A stretch of DNA of 64,000 nucleotides. Source: a virus. The stretch lies in the IMG/VR virus record IMGVR_UViG_3300035204_001773, positions 45,212 to 109,211 of that record. One strand, written 5' to 3'. The notes beneath the pieces were generated by a model. The model was given only the letters and a program-made list of their open reading frames with translations, did not search any database and had not been told where the DNA came from. A program made the position numbers and the translations under genes. Below, piece by piece: positions 8,095-18,533 of this stretch (position 1 is its first letter; every line of letters begins with the position of its first letter).

Positions 8095-11000
8095 TCACTT
8101 TCTTTGGACGTGAGAAGTCGCGTGTTCAATATACTGTTGACCAGCGCTAGCTATTCTACAAATTTGAGGTATCACAAAATAAGTAACCACTGGATAAGAA
8201 CCGGTATTTCTTCCCGCCCCTAGCGTTGTATCTTGTATAATTTCTGTTGGGTCCATGCCAGAAGGTTCTTGAAAATACAACCATATATAATCGCTAGTAC
8301 AAGGAGACGGGCCAACACCTCCTTGGGAATCTATTGATACTTTGGTAGACGTAAAGGGAACTCTCAAATATATCTTCTGTGGATCATTTGTTCTACTGCC
8401 CATGTCTTTGCCAACTATAGTAAAAGCAGATTGCCCGTTTCTTCCCCAAGTCGCTCCTATACAGTTTTGGAGGAACGAACCCTCAAAAGCGGGGTGATCT
8501 AACCCCCCCTTTACGCTGTATCCTTTGTGCCACGCGGAAATATCCGCCTTTGCATGTTGTTCCAGCATGCTGGTATCAATAACTTCTCCTAAGGAGATTC
8601 CCCAAGCTTGGTAAGTCGGTTTTGGATTCTTCTCGTCAATTTGATTTAGTTTGTCGAAAGGTCCAGCCGCCCCCCACCGTAAAATTTTTTGATTTTCCTT
8701 GCCCACGTGATTTGACACGCTCGAAAAAGATGTGTTTGTTCTAGTACTGGAGCACATTAATAAACCAGCTACGCCTATAACAGATGAAGCTGGGTGAACC
8801 TTATCTTTGCCAACGAGGCCTAGCGGTAAATCCGCCGACAACCGCCCACCTCTTCCTTGTGGGGTTGGTTTCATACTGCGTTCAGTCAGATGTTTCATGG
8901 TCCACATTCCCTGTCTAGACTTAATATATGACCCATTATTAAATTCTGCATTACCATCTACTATTCTGTTTTCATTTGCCACTGAATTTCCGTAATCTTT
9001 ATATTTTCTTACCAAGCAGGATTGCTTTGGAACAGTTGTGCTAGTTGTAGTGGGATACATTCTTAGTTCTATTATGTCACCGGGAGAAAATTGATAATGC
9101 TCAGGGTCTACAAGCACGGTCCTCTGGTTAGCCATCGTGAAGTTCTCAACTTTGCCTACAATAGTTATTTGGTCGATTCTTTCTGTTATAATTAGCCTCC
9201 CGTTATTGCGCATCTTATTTATTTTATTGAGGTTACCATAATATATATCCATTGCGCTAACATCGTTCTTCGCGAAAGTGGGGATGACTCCTGCGTCCCA
9301 ATATTCATACCCATGCCCCTTAATATCATAACCATCGCCGGGGGCTTCTATCCCCTCGGTTGGGTAAACTTCACTCTTACAATTTCCTCCGGGCTGCCTT
9401 TCGTAAGCGCCTGCCGAAAGCATAATATTTTCTGGAATACCCCCATAATGAGAACCAGCTGTCGCTTTACTTTGGTCATGCCTGTCTACATCTCTTTGTT
9501 TGAAATATCCCCTCAATTCTTCTAGTTGCTTTTCGTTATTCTTATCATAAGGGGTAAAAGACGAAACCCTATTAGGAAAAGCTGTGAAAGCCGTAGTGCT
9601 AGAATGTAAATTTTTACCACCCAACCAAAAACTCGGGTCAGATTTCAACCCTAAAGTCCACCCACCGTATCCCAAGGGGTTATCATTGGACATACAATAT
9701 CTGGCATCTCTCCCCCATGCTGTAGCGCTACAGGACAAACATTTCATATCCTCAGAGTAAATCCTAGAAGAGACGGTTGTTAACTGACCCTTACCTATTG
9801 CAGTTGCCCACCACCACGGCCAAAATAATGTACCCCCGCAACCAAGACCCTCTGATCTAAATAAATCGAAATTAGAATGATCCTTCCACCCCGGCCTTTG
9901 CCTGTATCCACCAGCAACTATTGAGGTAGATTCGTAAGCTATACACCTGAATGGCGGCGGCGACATTAAAGGGGTCATTCCGCCCACGAATCTTTTTTTA
10001 GCCTCTGTATCATTCGGATTGTCGGGATCGGGTCTCTGATGAGGTAGAACCCAATTATTCCCATTGTCGGTAAATGTGTATCTGTTCTTTGGGGTAGAGC
10101 CATCCGCGCATTTCCATTTATCATTACCATCGGCATCCCAACCATCATGAGTTGGATGCTTGTCGTCATCACATATGTTAACAGCCTTTTTATGAACAGC
10201 GGGAGTGCTTGGCATATTATGTTGCCAGTATCCGTCGTAATCAGCCTGTCTACATTCTTGATTCCCTTCTCCCGGCTCGCAAGGCCAACTCGGATGCGTT
10301 TGATTACAAACCATCATAGTCTTCCATTTATCTCCATCCCTATCAACCACGGTAATTTCTTTTCCGCAATTCAATATGTCCGAAGACACATTCATTGCGA
10401 TAGACTCATGGAGTTTATTATGACAGCCAAATCTCATACGGGACCAATCCAAAATCATAGAAGCACTTACTGCTGACCCACGATTTTTAGAGGAGACTAC
10501 CATGTTATGAGTAATGTTTGTTATGGTATCTGCTTGTGTTATGTCCTCGGCACCATCCCCTCTATAATTGCTGCCTCCGATACTAATCCACGTGCTTTCT
10601 CTCCGATGAATTCTAATTACCGAAGAGCCCCCTGAGGCTTTTCCAAGTTCATGCAAAATCATCCCTCCTACGACGCTTAGAGTCCCAACAGCTATGGGGC
10701 CCAAGGTTAATCCTAGGGCGGGGGTCATAGATGACATTTGTAACATGTACTGTATCATCGTTAATGTACTGTTATAATTTGCTGCGTTGGCGAGCATACT
10801 CACCCTAAATCTCATCTCCTTTACAAACGCACACATGTGATGAACGCCTGCTGGCGTAAAACCCATGGGATAATAACTACCCGCTCTCATATATTGACCA
10901 TCCCGGTAGGTCGGTCCGTAATTAAGGCACGAAGCTCCTATTAAAGAGCTATCCCCCTTTTGGGTTAAAGCTGCGTGTGGATTAATCATTGATTCTAGAT

Positions 11001-11826
11001 TACCCTGAACCGGATCGTTATCTGGATTCGATAATCCAAATTGAAAAGCCTCTACACAAACAGGGGAAACGTCTCCGGCCACCATTATAGGAATAGCTAG
11101 GTCCTCCTCTACCCTTTCGTGACCCCCGAAAGTAGGGTTAAGCTTGCCCGTTCTTCTCCCCGCCATTGTGAGCGTCCCCTTCCTCGTTAGTACGGAGAAA
11201 AAGCCAGTTTTAGCACCATATGGCACACGTATGTAAGTTGTATTTATCTCACCGTCATCCATTTTTACAATTACATTATTCAACAGAAATGAATTCCCAC
11301 ATCTATAAGAACCGAATTTTATACAAGTTAACATATGACCAGAACTTGAACCAGTACCTATCCACATACCATATCCAGCGTGAGACTTTTTAGTTTTTAA
11401 TTCTAGCCAATCGCCACGACGCACGGTCATAATTTTACTAGGAGTAAAGACGCCATTACGCATTACGTCAGTCTCGTATTTATAATTGTAATTAAGATTA
11501 TCCCCTACCGAATCCTTATCATCACCAAAAAACGTATTAGGATTTTTTTCTTCTGGCCTAGCCCATATATCCCACTCATAACCGTTGCAAGAATCTAATG
11601 TTCCCGTCCCGCTCACAGAACCACCAGATGAGCTACCGCTCCATATCTCATGCGACGTAGAATCCTCGTCTATACCTTCTACGTTATAATTAGCAAACCA
11701 TGCACCCCCCGCGCCTCTCCTGACTTGGTTTAATGGCGTATTATTAGAGAAGAACCTGTCTGCTCCCGAAAGCTTATCGGAAGCATTTTTTAGACTTACA
11801 AGTTCTATTTGGTTTCTAATCCCCAT
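8095..11826 (-). CDS. large Cys/Gly/Trp-rich tail-tip or receptor-binding protein with IPT/TIG-like segments
   Basis: Last gene of the tail module. INTTYIRVPYGAKTGFFSVLTRKG is IPT-like. Many Cys; one hydrophobic segment. Confidence 0.5.
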   Translation of the reverse strand: MGIRNQIELVSLKNASDKLSGADRFFSNNTPLNQVRRGAGGAWFANYNVEGIDEDSTSHEIWSGSSSGGSVSGTGTLDSCNGYEWDIWARPEEKNPNTFFGDDKDSVGDNLNYNYKYETDVMRNGVFTPSKIMTVRRGDWLELKTKKSHAGYGMWIGTGSSSGHMLTCIKFGSYRCGNSFLLNNVIVKMDDGEINTTYIRVPYGAKTGFFSVLTRKGTLTMAGRRTGKLNPTFGGHERVEEDLAIPIMVAGDVSPVCVEAFQFGLSNPDNDPVQGNLESMINPHAALTQKGDSSLIGASCLNYGPTYRDGQYMRAGSYYPMGFTPAGVHHMCAFVKEMRFRVSMLANAANYNSTLTMIQYMLQMSSMTPALGLTLGPIAVGTLSVVGGMILHELGKASGGSSVIRIHRRESTWISIGGSNYRGDGAEDITQADTITNITHNMVVSSKNRGSAVSASMILDWSRMRFGCHNKLHESIAMNVSSDILNCGKEITVVDRDGDKWKTMMVCNQTHPSWPCEPGEGNQECRQADYDGYWQHNMPSTPAVHKKAVNICDDDKHPTHDGWDADGNDKWKCADGSTPKNRYTFTDNGNNWVLPHQRPDPDNPNDTEAKKRFVGGMTPLMSPPPFRCIAYESTSIVAGGYRQRPGWKDHSNFDLFRSEGLGCGGTLFWPWWWATAIGKGQLTTVSSRIYSEDMKCLSCSATAWGRDARYCMSNDNPLGYGGWTLGLKSDPSFWLGGKNLHSSTTAFTAFPNRVSSFTPYDKNNEKQLEELRGYFKQRDVDRHDQSKATAGSHYGGIPENIMLSAGAYERQPGGNCKSEVYPTEGIEAPGDGYDIKGHGYEYWDAGVIPTFAKNDVSAMDIYYGNLNKINKMRNNGRLIITERIDQITIVGKVENFTMANQRTVLVDPEHYQFSPGDIIELRMYPTTTSTTVPKQSCLVRKYKDYGNSVANENRIVDGNAEFNNGSYIKSRQGMWTMKHLTERSMKPTPQGRGGRLSADLPLGLVGKDKVHPASSVIGVAGLLMCSSTRTNTSFSSVSNHVGKENQKILRWGAAGPFDKLNQIDEKNPKPTYQAWGISLGEVIDTSMLEQHAKADISAWHKGYSVKGGLDHPAFEGSFLQNCIGATWGRNGQSAFTIVGKDMGSRTNDPQKIYLRVPFTSTKVSIDSQGGVGPSPCTSDYIWLYFQEPSGMDPTEIIQDTTLGAGRNTGSYPVVTYFVIPQICRIASAGQQYIEHATSHVQRK

Positions 11827-11847
11827 CTTCTTGGTTGTCGGTTGTGT

Positions 11848-13161
11848 TTAAGATAATGGTATTTCTTTTCCGCCTGTTGTTACATAATAAAACTTTTTAG
11901 TATTAGTACCAGACCCGTCATCTTTGTAATTTATTTTAATCATTGGGCTATCTAACATTCCCTCTGCGGTTGCCCAAAAATTAGCCGAACTAAATTCGCT
12001 GAAAGCAACATCCAAGTAAGCGTGCGTGTCTGAGTGTTTTGGCCTAACCTCTGTGCCAGTAAAGTTTCTTGGCCCCCCGTAAAGTTGATAAGCGATTCTG
12101 GCCTTGGAAGAACCAATGGGCCCAGCGGCCTGCTTAGTGACTTGAGCATTTTCCCCGGGTAAAGGAACCCTGACTTTAACATTTGCAGTGCTAAGCCAAG
12201 GTTTATTAACTCCGTGAGACACCTCCTGCCCTTCGTAATCAGCATGATTAACTACAGCCGCAGGCAAGGTTCCCTCTACACCATTAGAGGGTTTAACACT
12301 GATACCCCATTGCTTGCCATCAGCCCCTACATCTACAAAAACTTGTGGGTGTGGGCACGCCTCCATGTATGGAGGAAAAGATGGAACTAATTGAACCGAT
12401 CTGACGCCCGCAGCATTAGCCTCTTGAAGCATAAGATGATCAGTGCACGCTTGCCTATAATACCAACTGATAGTTTTGCCTCCGATTTCCCTGCTTAAGG
12501 GTACGTTGGGATATGGATATTGCGCGTCGGGGGCAACCGAAGTGCAATACCCCAAAAGAGTGTAACTCGCCCATTGCTTAACTTGTATAGGGTCTCCAAC
12601 AAAGTAAGTTAACTCAGAAGCCATAGCCTTCTTAAACACATCCATGGCGTTATTGGCTACTTGACCCCTTGGGTCGTATAAAAAACCCTTTGGAGATAAC
12701 CATTCAACCTCTTTTTCTATTTCGTAATCTAAATATTCTATCTCTGGTCCTCTTATATCGGGTAAAACATACCCCTTTGCGTCAGGAACCCCCACATCTG
12801 TTCCTATATGATCTCTTCTAACGGTTTTGATTGATCTTGGGAACCCACCAATGCTAACCCCACCATACTCATACCACCTTGAAAACTTGGAGCCCTTTTG
12901 TATGCCTGCATGTATAGGTCTAAGGTTAGTATCGAAATATACAGCCAACCATACAAAATCTAATTCATTTAATTCGAATGGAATACCTAATCCACACACT
13001 GGAAATCTAGCCGTAAGATCAAGCCCCGCCATAACGCAAGAAGACGGGGTTATATACAATTGATTTTGCTTAGTGCCCTCTACTACCTTTATACCTCGCC
13101 AAGGCATGTCTTGTTTCGGAGACTCGCTCCCTGTGTCTAATGATGCTTTAATAAATCCCAT
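11848..13161 (-). CDS. putative tail-tip protein, paralog of 13170-14420
   Basis: Shared motifs F..ASLD.G, GLG.PF..NE, L.V..D...RP.HA.I and QAC..HL. Position in tail module. Confidence 0.5.
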   Translation of the reverse strand: MGFIKASLDTGSESPKQDMPWRGIKVVEGTKQNQLYITPSSCVMAGLDLTARFPVCGLGIPFELNELDFVWLAVYFDTNLRPIHAGIQKGSKFSRWYEYGGVSIGGFPRSIKTVRRDHIGTDVGVPDAKGYVLPDIRGPEIEYLDYEIEKEVEWLSPKGFLYDPRGQVANNAMDVFKKAMASELTYFVGDPIQVKQWASYTLLGYCTSVAPDAQYPYPNVPLSREIGGKTISWYYRQACTDHLMLQEANAAGVRSVQLVPSFPPYMEACPHPQVFVDVGADGKQWGISVKPSNGVEGTLPAAVVNHADYEGQEVSHGVNKPWLSTANVKVRVPLPGENAQVTKQAAGPIGSSKARIAYQLYGGPRNFTGTEVRPKHSDTHAYLDVAFSEFSSANFWATAEGMLDSPMIKINYKDDGSGTNTKKFYYVTTGGKEIPLS

Positions 13162-13169
13162 TTTTTTCC

Positions 13170-14420
13170 TTATAAATCTATTGCGTCAGCTGGTCTTTTG
13201 TTGTATACTGATTGCATATACAGCGGCGGGTAAGGCCACGCAGCAGTATTATACAAATCTGTTCTATCGTACCATGGGTATACTTGACCCCAGTCTAAAA
13301 CATCCAAGGTCCCCCTTCCATCTGATTTTGTCCGCACCACGTTGTCAAAACCTTGGTATGGCAAAAGCATTTTCAATTTTAAATCCCCCTCCAGAACAGT
13401 AACCATTTGTAAATGAGTCTTGCACGCCTGCATTAATTGATATGCCGGTCTTTTTTGAGAGTCATCAGCTGGAATTTTTATCCCTGTAACATGACCCTCT
13501 ACAGGTCTACTATCTCCAGTCGCATAAGCAATAGGGTAGTAACAAGCTACTTGATCATACCGAACTCTCTTAAGTTTAACGGTCTCTTTTAACCAAGATT
13601 GAGTAAGGTATTTATGAAGCTCTGAAAACTCTTTCGATTGATGAATTACTCCCGCTCCTCCATGAGCAACGGGATACCTGCTTCCCCCTACTTCGTAATA
13701 TCCCCTATCTGGATAACCACCAGCAGCAGAGATATACCCCTTTCTTTGTCTTCTTGTATTGTATGGAGGGTTTTGTCTTAAAGTTCTACTAGCATAAGTC
13801 CCGACGTCTTTCTGAGTACAAATGCTTTTTCTCAATTCCCTGTCTATGCCTCTGTATCTATTACCAACCTTATGACTTTTGGTAAATACATTCCAGCTAT
13901 TAGCGGGATCAGCGAAACCGTTATCTCCCCCTCCGCCAAAACTACCCGGCTCCCATACTTGCCCGTCGACTTGTCTCCAATTTACGCCTCGATGCGCAGG
14001 ATTCCAGCTTTGTTTATGATGCATAACTCCTCTAGAATTCTGCTCGTTAGTATTTTCTATTCCATAATACGGGAGAGACTCCATTGGGTCTGATACAGAA
14101 AACATCTTTGGCCATCCTAGCCACCTTTCTCCATGAGCCAACCACGGTAAATGATTTCCTGTGTGACAAATTTCAGCGTGCATGGGTCTGCCCGACATAT
14201 CCAAGAAGACCTGTAAATAAATGTGACTTTTTTCATTGATTTTAAAAGGCAAACCCAGCCCATGAATATCTAAAATCTCTCCGCTTATCTTGGGGTCATA
14301 AAACGCCTCGCCTTTTAAAACCCGAAACCACTCGTCTTGAACTTGTTCTACACGAAAAGGGTGATAAACGGCTGACACATCTGACGTTCCCGGGTCTAAG
14401 CTGGCTCTTCTAAAAGGCAT
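13170..14420 (-). CDS. putative tail-tip protein, paralog of 11848-13161
   Basis: Same shared motifs; tightly packed in the tail operon. Confidence 0.5.
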   Translation of the reverse strand: MPFRRASLDPGTSDVSAVYHPFRVEQVQDEWFRVLKGEAFYDPKISGEILDIHGLGLPFKINEKSHIYLQVFLDMSGRPMHAEICHTGNHLPWLAHGERWLGWPKMFSVSDPMESLPYYGIENTNEQNSRGVMHHKQSWNPAHRGVNWRQVDGQVWEPGSFGGGGDNGFADPANSWNVFTKSHKVGNRYRGIDRELRKSICTQKDVGTYASRTLRQNPPYNTRRQRKGYISAAGGYPDRGYYEVGGSRYPVAHGGAGVIHQSKEFSELHKYLTQSWLKETVKLKRVRYDQVACYYPIAYATGDSRPVEGHVTGIKIPADDSQKRPAYQLMQACKTHLQMVTVLEGDLKLKMLLPYQGFDNVVRTKSDGRGTLDVLDWGQVYPWYDRTDLYNTAAWPYPPLYMQSVYNKRPADAIDL

Positions 14421-14421
14421 A

Positions 14422-15087
14422 TTAATCTGTAAGTTTAACTACAAAGTCAGTTTTTATATCTCCGACGGAAGTTTTAAAAGTTAATTCGTCAGAATAATCT
14501 CCCGTAGTAATATTTTCTCTACCCGAGACAATTATGTTCGCGTTGTTCTCTATTTTAATGGGCAGATTTGTGGTTGAAAAATTATCCCCGCCCGAAAAGA
14601 CCCCACTAAAAACGACGAAGGGCAAATTTGCATTATTATTAGCTACATTTATATTAAGCGTACCTGTTTTGGAAAAGGAATCGCCCTTCAATATTGTGTA
14701 GCTTGGCTTGTCCGAAGCAACATAGAAACTAGTAGTAGCTGTACATCCGCTAGTATTTATATAAAAATTGTCAATAACATTCTTTTCTTTTACTCCCACG
14801 TAGCATATAGGTACGCCGTCAATAAAATATTGATAATTTGAATCGTAAATATCTCCAGAAAGAGAAAAAGATTGACTAGGTAAATAAGAATATATATATC
14901 TATTTTCTGGATCTATAATTTTCCCCTTATCAAATGAAAATTCTAACGATCTTCCCGTGCCCTCCCATTCACCAGAAAACCCCAGAGCCCCAGTACCCTC
15001 TATATTGTCAAAAGTAAGGCCTGACGCATAAAAAGATAACCGCTTTGCGCTACCAATTTTTCTATTGTTATTTCCAGAGAATTCCAT
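14422..15087 (-). CDS. beta-rich virion structural protein (hypothetical)
   Basis: 221-aa ORF, Ser/Gly/aromatic-rich, coupled to neighbouring tail genes. Confidence 0.5.
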   Translation of the reverse strand: MEFSGNNNRKIGSAKRLSFYASGLTFDNIEGTGALGFSGEWEGTGRSLEFSFDKGKIIDPENRYIYSYLPSQSFSLSGDIYDSNYQYFIDGVPICYVGVKEKNVIDNFYINTSGCTATTSFYVASDKPSYTILKGDSFSKTGTLNINVANNNANLPFVVFSGVFSGGDNFSTTNLPIKIENNANIIVSGRENITTGDYSDELTFKTSVGDIKTDFVVKLTD

Positions 15088-15088
15088 A

Positions 15089-18000
15089 TTATCTTATAAC
15101 GTTCATATTCATTGATGGCCCCACCTTTCTCGACCATACATCCGGCTTAGGAAGCTCAGATGGCCTAGTAGAAAAAGACCAATCTATATAAGCTCCATCT
15201 TGATCTAAAACTATATTAAAACCATCTAGTCCTGCAGCGGGATTTAAATATGCACTTAGGGCCGGATCTGCGCCGATTTGCCTAAAAGATAATGTCTCTC
15301 TGGGTAATTGTATCGTAATACTATCAACTGCGTTTCGCATGGAATTATAATAATCATCTATCCCCACTTGAGAAAACCCAAAAGCAGAACTAGAAGCGGA
15401 GCCATTTGGAATTGGCACTTGCACGATAGTATCGCCCTCTGGATTAGATAGAGATTCTAAATCACTTGTTATATCCATGGAGTTTACATCGATAGCTTGA
15501 GAATATCCAGCGTTCATAATTCGTCCTCTTACTTGCTTTTGTCCCCTTTCTGTTTTTGTGTAGCTTGCTTGGGTATGCTTTACTCCTTCGTACCAGTTTT
15601 GGCTTGGATAAATAATATCTACAGTCACTTGCGGCCCCATAAATCCAGACCCAGTTGGATCATAAAAAGATTGGGTTGTATTAGCTCCGACGGGAGCAGT
15701 TGAAAATGGATTAGAATTATTAGGATTTGCGTAAGTGGGCCCACTAAGGCTACGTGTCACCGCCGAATAGCCCGGTGCATAAGATTTTATTCTAAACCCT
15801 GCGGATAAATGTAATTGGTATCTAGATTCCACTGAAGGAGGCTGATAAACACCATTTACCCATCGAGCAGCATCAGACAACGGCCAATCAATGGTTCCGT
15901 ATTGAGATTTTAACTCTTCTTGTCTTTCATTTCTAAGAAATGGCTTCATTAAGTCTGCTTGTGCGTTCGACCAAGCAGTAGTGCCCGCAATACTCCAATT
16001 TCTTGCGCCCCAATCTGCCCAAGGATAAATATGAGGGTTACCCATATACCATCCTCTCGCATTACCCGCTGCTTCGCTTGTGGCCATATGCACCCCCGGT
16101 CTAGGAGCCAATCCTTGACCAAGGGTTACTTCTTCGTCTTGAGTAACTATTGGAACAACTCCATACGGATTACTCGGGGAAACATCTGCGCCTGAAACCG
16201 CCCAACCATATAAAGTGGGACACTTACATCCGTCTTTCTTAATGTCTTTCTCGTAATAAGTTTCCGAACAGGGGGCGAGTTTAGCTCTATCATCTTTATC
16301 TTTATATTCATTAGGATTAACCCACCCCCCATATGTTGATATGGCGGGAGGCACATTTGACGCTGTGGAAATGGTGTCATACAAATGAGGGGGTTTCGAC
16401 CAATTTGAAATAATAAAATTATTACCCAAAAAATTTGCAGGAGGAGCAAGCATCAGCACTACCTGAGCATCTCTTCCAGCAGAACTTACTTTCCCTTCTA
16501 TCCGCGCTGCTTGAACCTGACTAGCTAGAGTGTCTTTTATTCTATCAAAAAAGCGTAATTTACTTTTACCATTTAAAGGTATATATGTAGGCACCAGCTT
16601 TTCTAAAAAGTCTACCCCGCTATGCACAAAAGCGCTTTCAAATTCGCTAGCATCAGTTCCCCATGGAGCATTCCTTTGAAAAACTGTAAACATTCTATCT
16701 GCCTGATTAGTCACATTGAAATAATTATTAGAGAAACTACCGTAAGCTTTACTCAAAATAGATCTTCCCTTAGGGTGACTCCTTATCAAGCTGTTAAAAG
16801 GTAAATCTCCGAAATCATTTCCCTTTATTTTTATTCCTTGTGGTTCATGCTGTGTTTCTAGCTCCCACTTTTCAGTCACCCCACAAAAATTCATGTAATC
16901 ATTTTGTTCCTCGTGAATGTAATATTTTCCATACATATCCGCCACCCGAGCTTCCCACGACTCCCATTTAGATTCTTCTTGTCGACTATATACGGCTACA
17001 TAGCCCTTACACGCAGCAAGAGATACCGCGTCCGTGGCGTATCTATCAAAAATTTGCTCCCATTGTTGACAGCTAAAGTCTTCATTTAACATTTCCTGCA
17101 TCTCTGGCCCACTAATTTCCTCCAAAATCCTTATGCCCAAATGATTTGTGTCTTTATTAGCAACGGCGTTTGTAAAATAAAAATTATATATAGTTCTCGC
17201 GTTTTTATTAAATTTAGCTAAGGCGCAAGATATATCGAACTGTGTTCTGTTTCTTCCGCCGTTAATGCTTGCGGGAAAAATTTCGTACGGATCCATCACT
17301 TGGTAAACTTGCCTATATTGAATCCTTCTTTGAAAGGATTTAGGTCTGGCTGGTTTTTTATAATAAACTTGAAAATTCGTAGTCTTTGTGGCGGACATAT
17401 CTAAAGACTCGTTTACATTATCAAAACCTAACCCATCAACAGGATTAAAGACGATTGCTTTAACAGAGTTCATTGCCACCGTCGCAGAACTAGTAGCTGA
17501 AGTTAAGTATATACATTTTAAGGCAGCGATATCAGAACTAGATTTTAAGAAATCCCAAAAATGCATAAAACCAAAATCAGCAGCCCAAGCATCAAGAACC
17601 TCCCTTAGCGTGCCCGTGTAATCTTTTCTATAGGCTGGATTGATATCCACAAACCCAGCCCAATCTATACCCGCTTCTTTAATCGCCAAAAGAAGTTCTG
17701 AAAAATTATAGTCTACATTAGCTAAATCCCCGTTTGACTCTGTAAATTGTTCTTGTCCTAAGATTATCTTTCCGCCATATCGATGATCTACATCTACAAT
17801 TCTTCCGTAATCAACTACCCGTAATGCGCCATACACCGCTGTCCTGAAAGATGGAAATCTTCCAGCGCCCGCTAACCCATTCAGAGAATTTACAACTTGG
17901 TCGTAACAAGGTTCACAATTTAAAGCTATATCGAAATTAACCAACCTCGAACGAATAGGTATCCCTCTTGATGGGAGAGGATCTGTCGGTCCAGCTGGTG

Positions 18001-18511
18001 CTGCCGCTGTCCACCCTCCAACAGAAAAGTTCGACGAATTTTGCCTTAGCGAAGAATACACAGAAGATAGAAGAGCGTAATTTGTTGGTGTTGTATCAAA
18101 TATCTCTGCATCATTATTGCTGGCGTGTTGATTAATCAATCCGACATAAATTTTATCTAATAATATAGAGGCGTCAACGAAGGTTAATGTAAGGGTTTTC
18201 TGAGATACTGCGGTATTTTTTTCTATTTTCTGCAAGAATAACTGCGGCAATATAGTGCCAGCGATAGAAACTTCATAGTATCTATCAGATACATTCACAG
18301 CCAAGCTGTTTATAGCGGCCGGAAAAGTGGTTTTTGGAATAGTTCCATCCTCCACGCAGCGGACCACTACCTTGGTAATTTCCCCCGGAGTATGATTAAG
18401 GCTAACCCCATATATTTTCATACCAGCGAAGGTATTTTTTGGGTAACTTACCGATCCTCCACTAAATACTATATCATCAAATGAATAAAAATTGTCTCCG
18501 TCGTGTGGCAT
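15089..18511 (-). CDS. putative baseplate hub / tail-tip assembly protein
   Basis: 1140 aa. TLTLTFVDAS and YTGTLREVLDAWAADFGFMHFWD resemble hub-protein segments. Downstream of TMP; AGGA-rich RBS. Confidence 0.5.
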   Translation of the reverse strand: MPHDGDNFYSFDDIVFSGGSVSYPKNTFAGMKIYGVSLNHTPGEITKVVVRCVEDGTIPKTTFPAAINSLAVNVSDRYYEVSIAGTILPQLFLQKIEKNTAVSQKTLTLTFVDASILLDKIYVGLINQHASNNDAEIFDTTPTNYALLSSVYSSLRQNSSNFSVGGWTAAAPAGPTDPLPSRGIPIRSRLVNFDIALNCEPCYDQVVNSLNGLAGAGRFPSFRTAVYGALRVVDYGRIVDVDHRYGGKIILGQEQFTESNGDLANVDYNFSELLLAIKEAGIDWAGFVDINPAYRKDYTGTLREVLDAWAADFGFMHFWDFLKSSSDIAALKCIYLTSATSSATVAMNSVKAIVFNPVDGLGFDNVNESLDMSATKTTNFQVYYKKPARPKSFQRRIQYRQVYQVMDPYEIFPASINGGRNRTQFDISCALAKFNKNARTIYNFYFTNAVANKDTNHLGIRILEEISGPEMQEMLNEDFSCQQWEQIFDRYATDAVSLAACKGYVAVYSRQEESKWESWEARVADMYGKYYIHEEQNDYMNFCGVTEKWELETQHEPQGIKIKGNDFGDLPFNSLIRSHPKGRSILSKAYGSFSNNYFNVTNQADRMFTVFQRNAPWGTDASEFESAFVHSGVDFLEKLVPTYIPLNGKSKLRFFDRIKDTLASQVQAARIEGKVSSAGRDAQVVLMLAPPANFLGNNFIISNWSKPPHLYDTISTASNVPPAISTYGGWVNPNEYKDKDDRAKLAPCSETYYEKDIKKDGCKCPTLYGWAVSGADVSPSNPYGVVPIVTQDEEVTLGQGLAPRPGVHMATSEAAGNARGWYMGNPHIYPWADWGARNWSIAGTTAWSNAQADLMKPFLRNERQEELKSQYGTIDWPLSDAARWVNGVYQPPSVESRYQLHLSAGFRIKSYAPGYSAVTRSLSGPTYANPNNSNPFSTAPVGANTTQSFYDPTGSGFMGPQVTVDIIYPSQNWYEGVKHTQASYTKTERGQKQVRGRIMNAGYSQAIDVNSMDITSDLESLSNPEGDTIVQVPIPNGSASSSAFGFSQVGIDDYYNSMRNAVDSITIQLPRETLSFRQIGADPALSAYLNPAAGLDGFNIVLDQDGAYIDWSFSTRPSELPKPDVWSRKVGPSMNMNVIR

Positions 18512-18533
18512 TATTCCTTTTTCCTAGAGCTCT

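Noticed and set aside
8085-8100. Terminator between the convergent blocks
   Set aside because: Only 6 nt separate the stops and no convincing hairpin was found.
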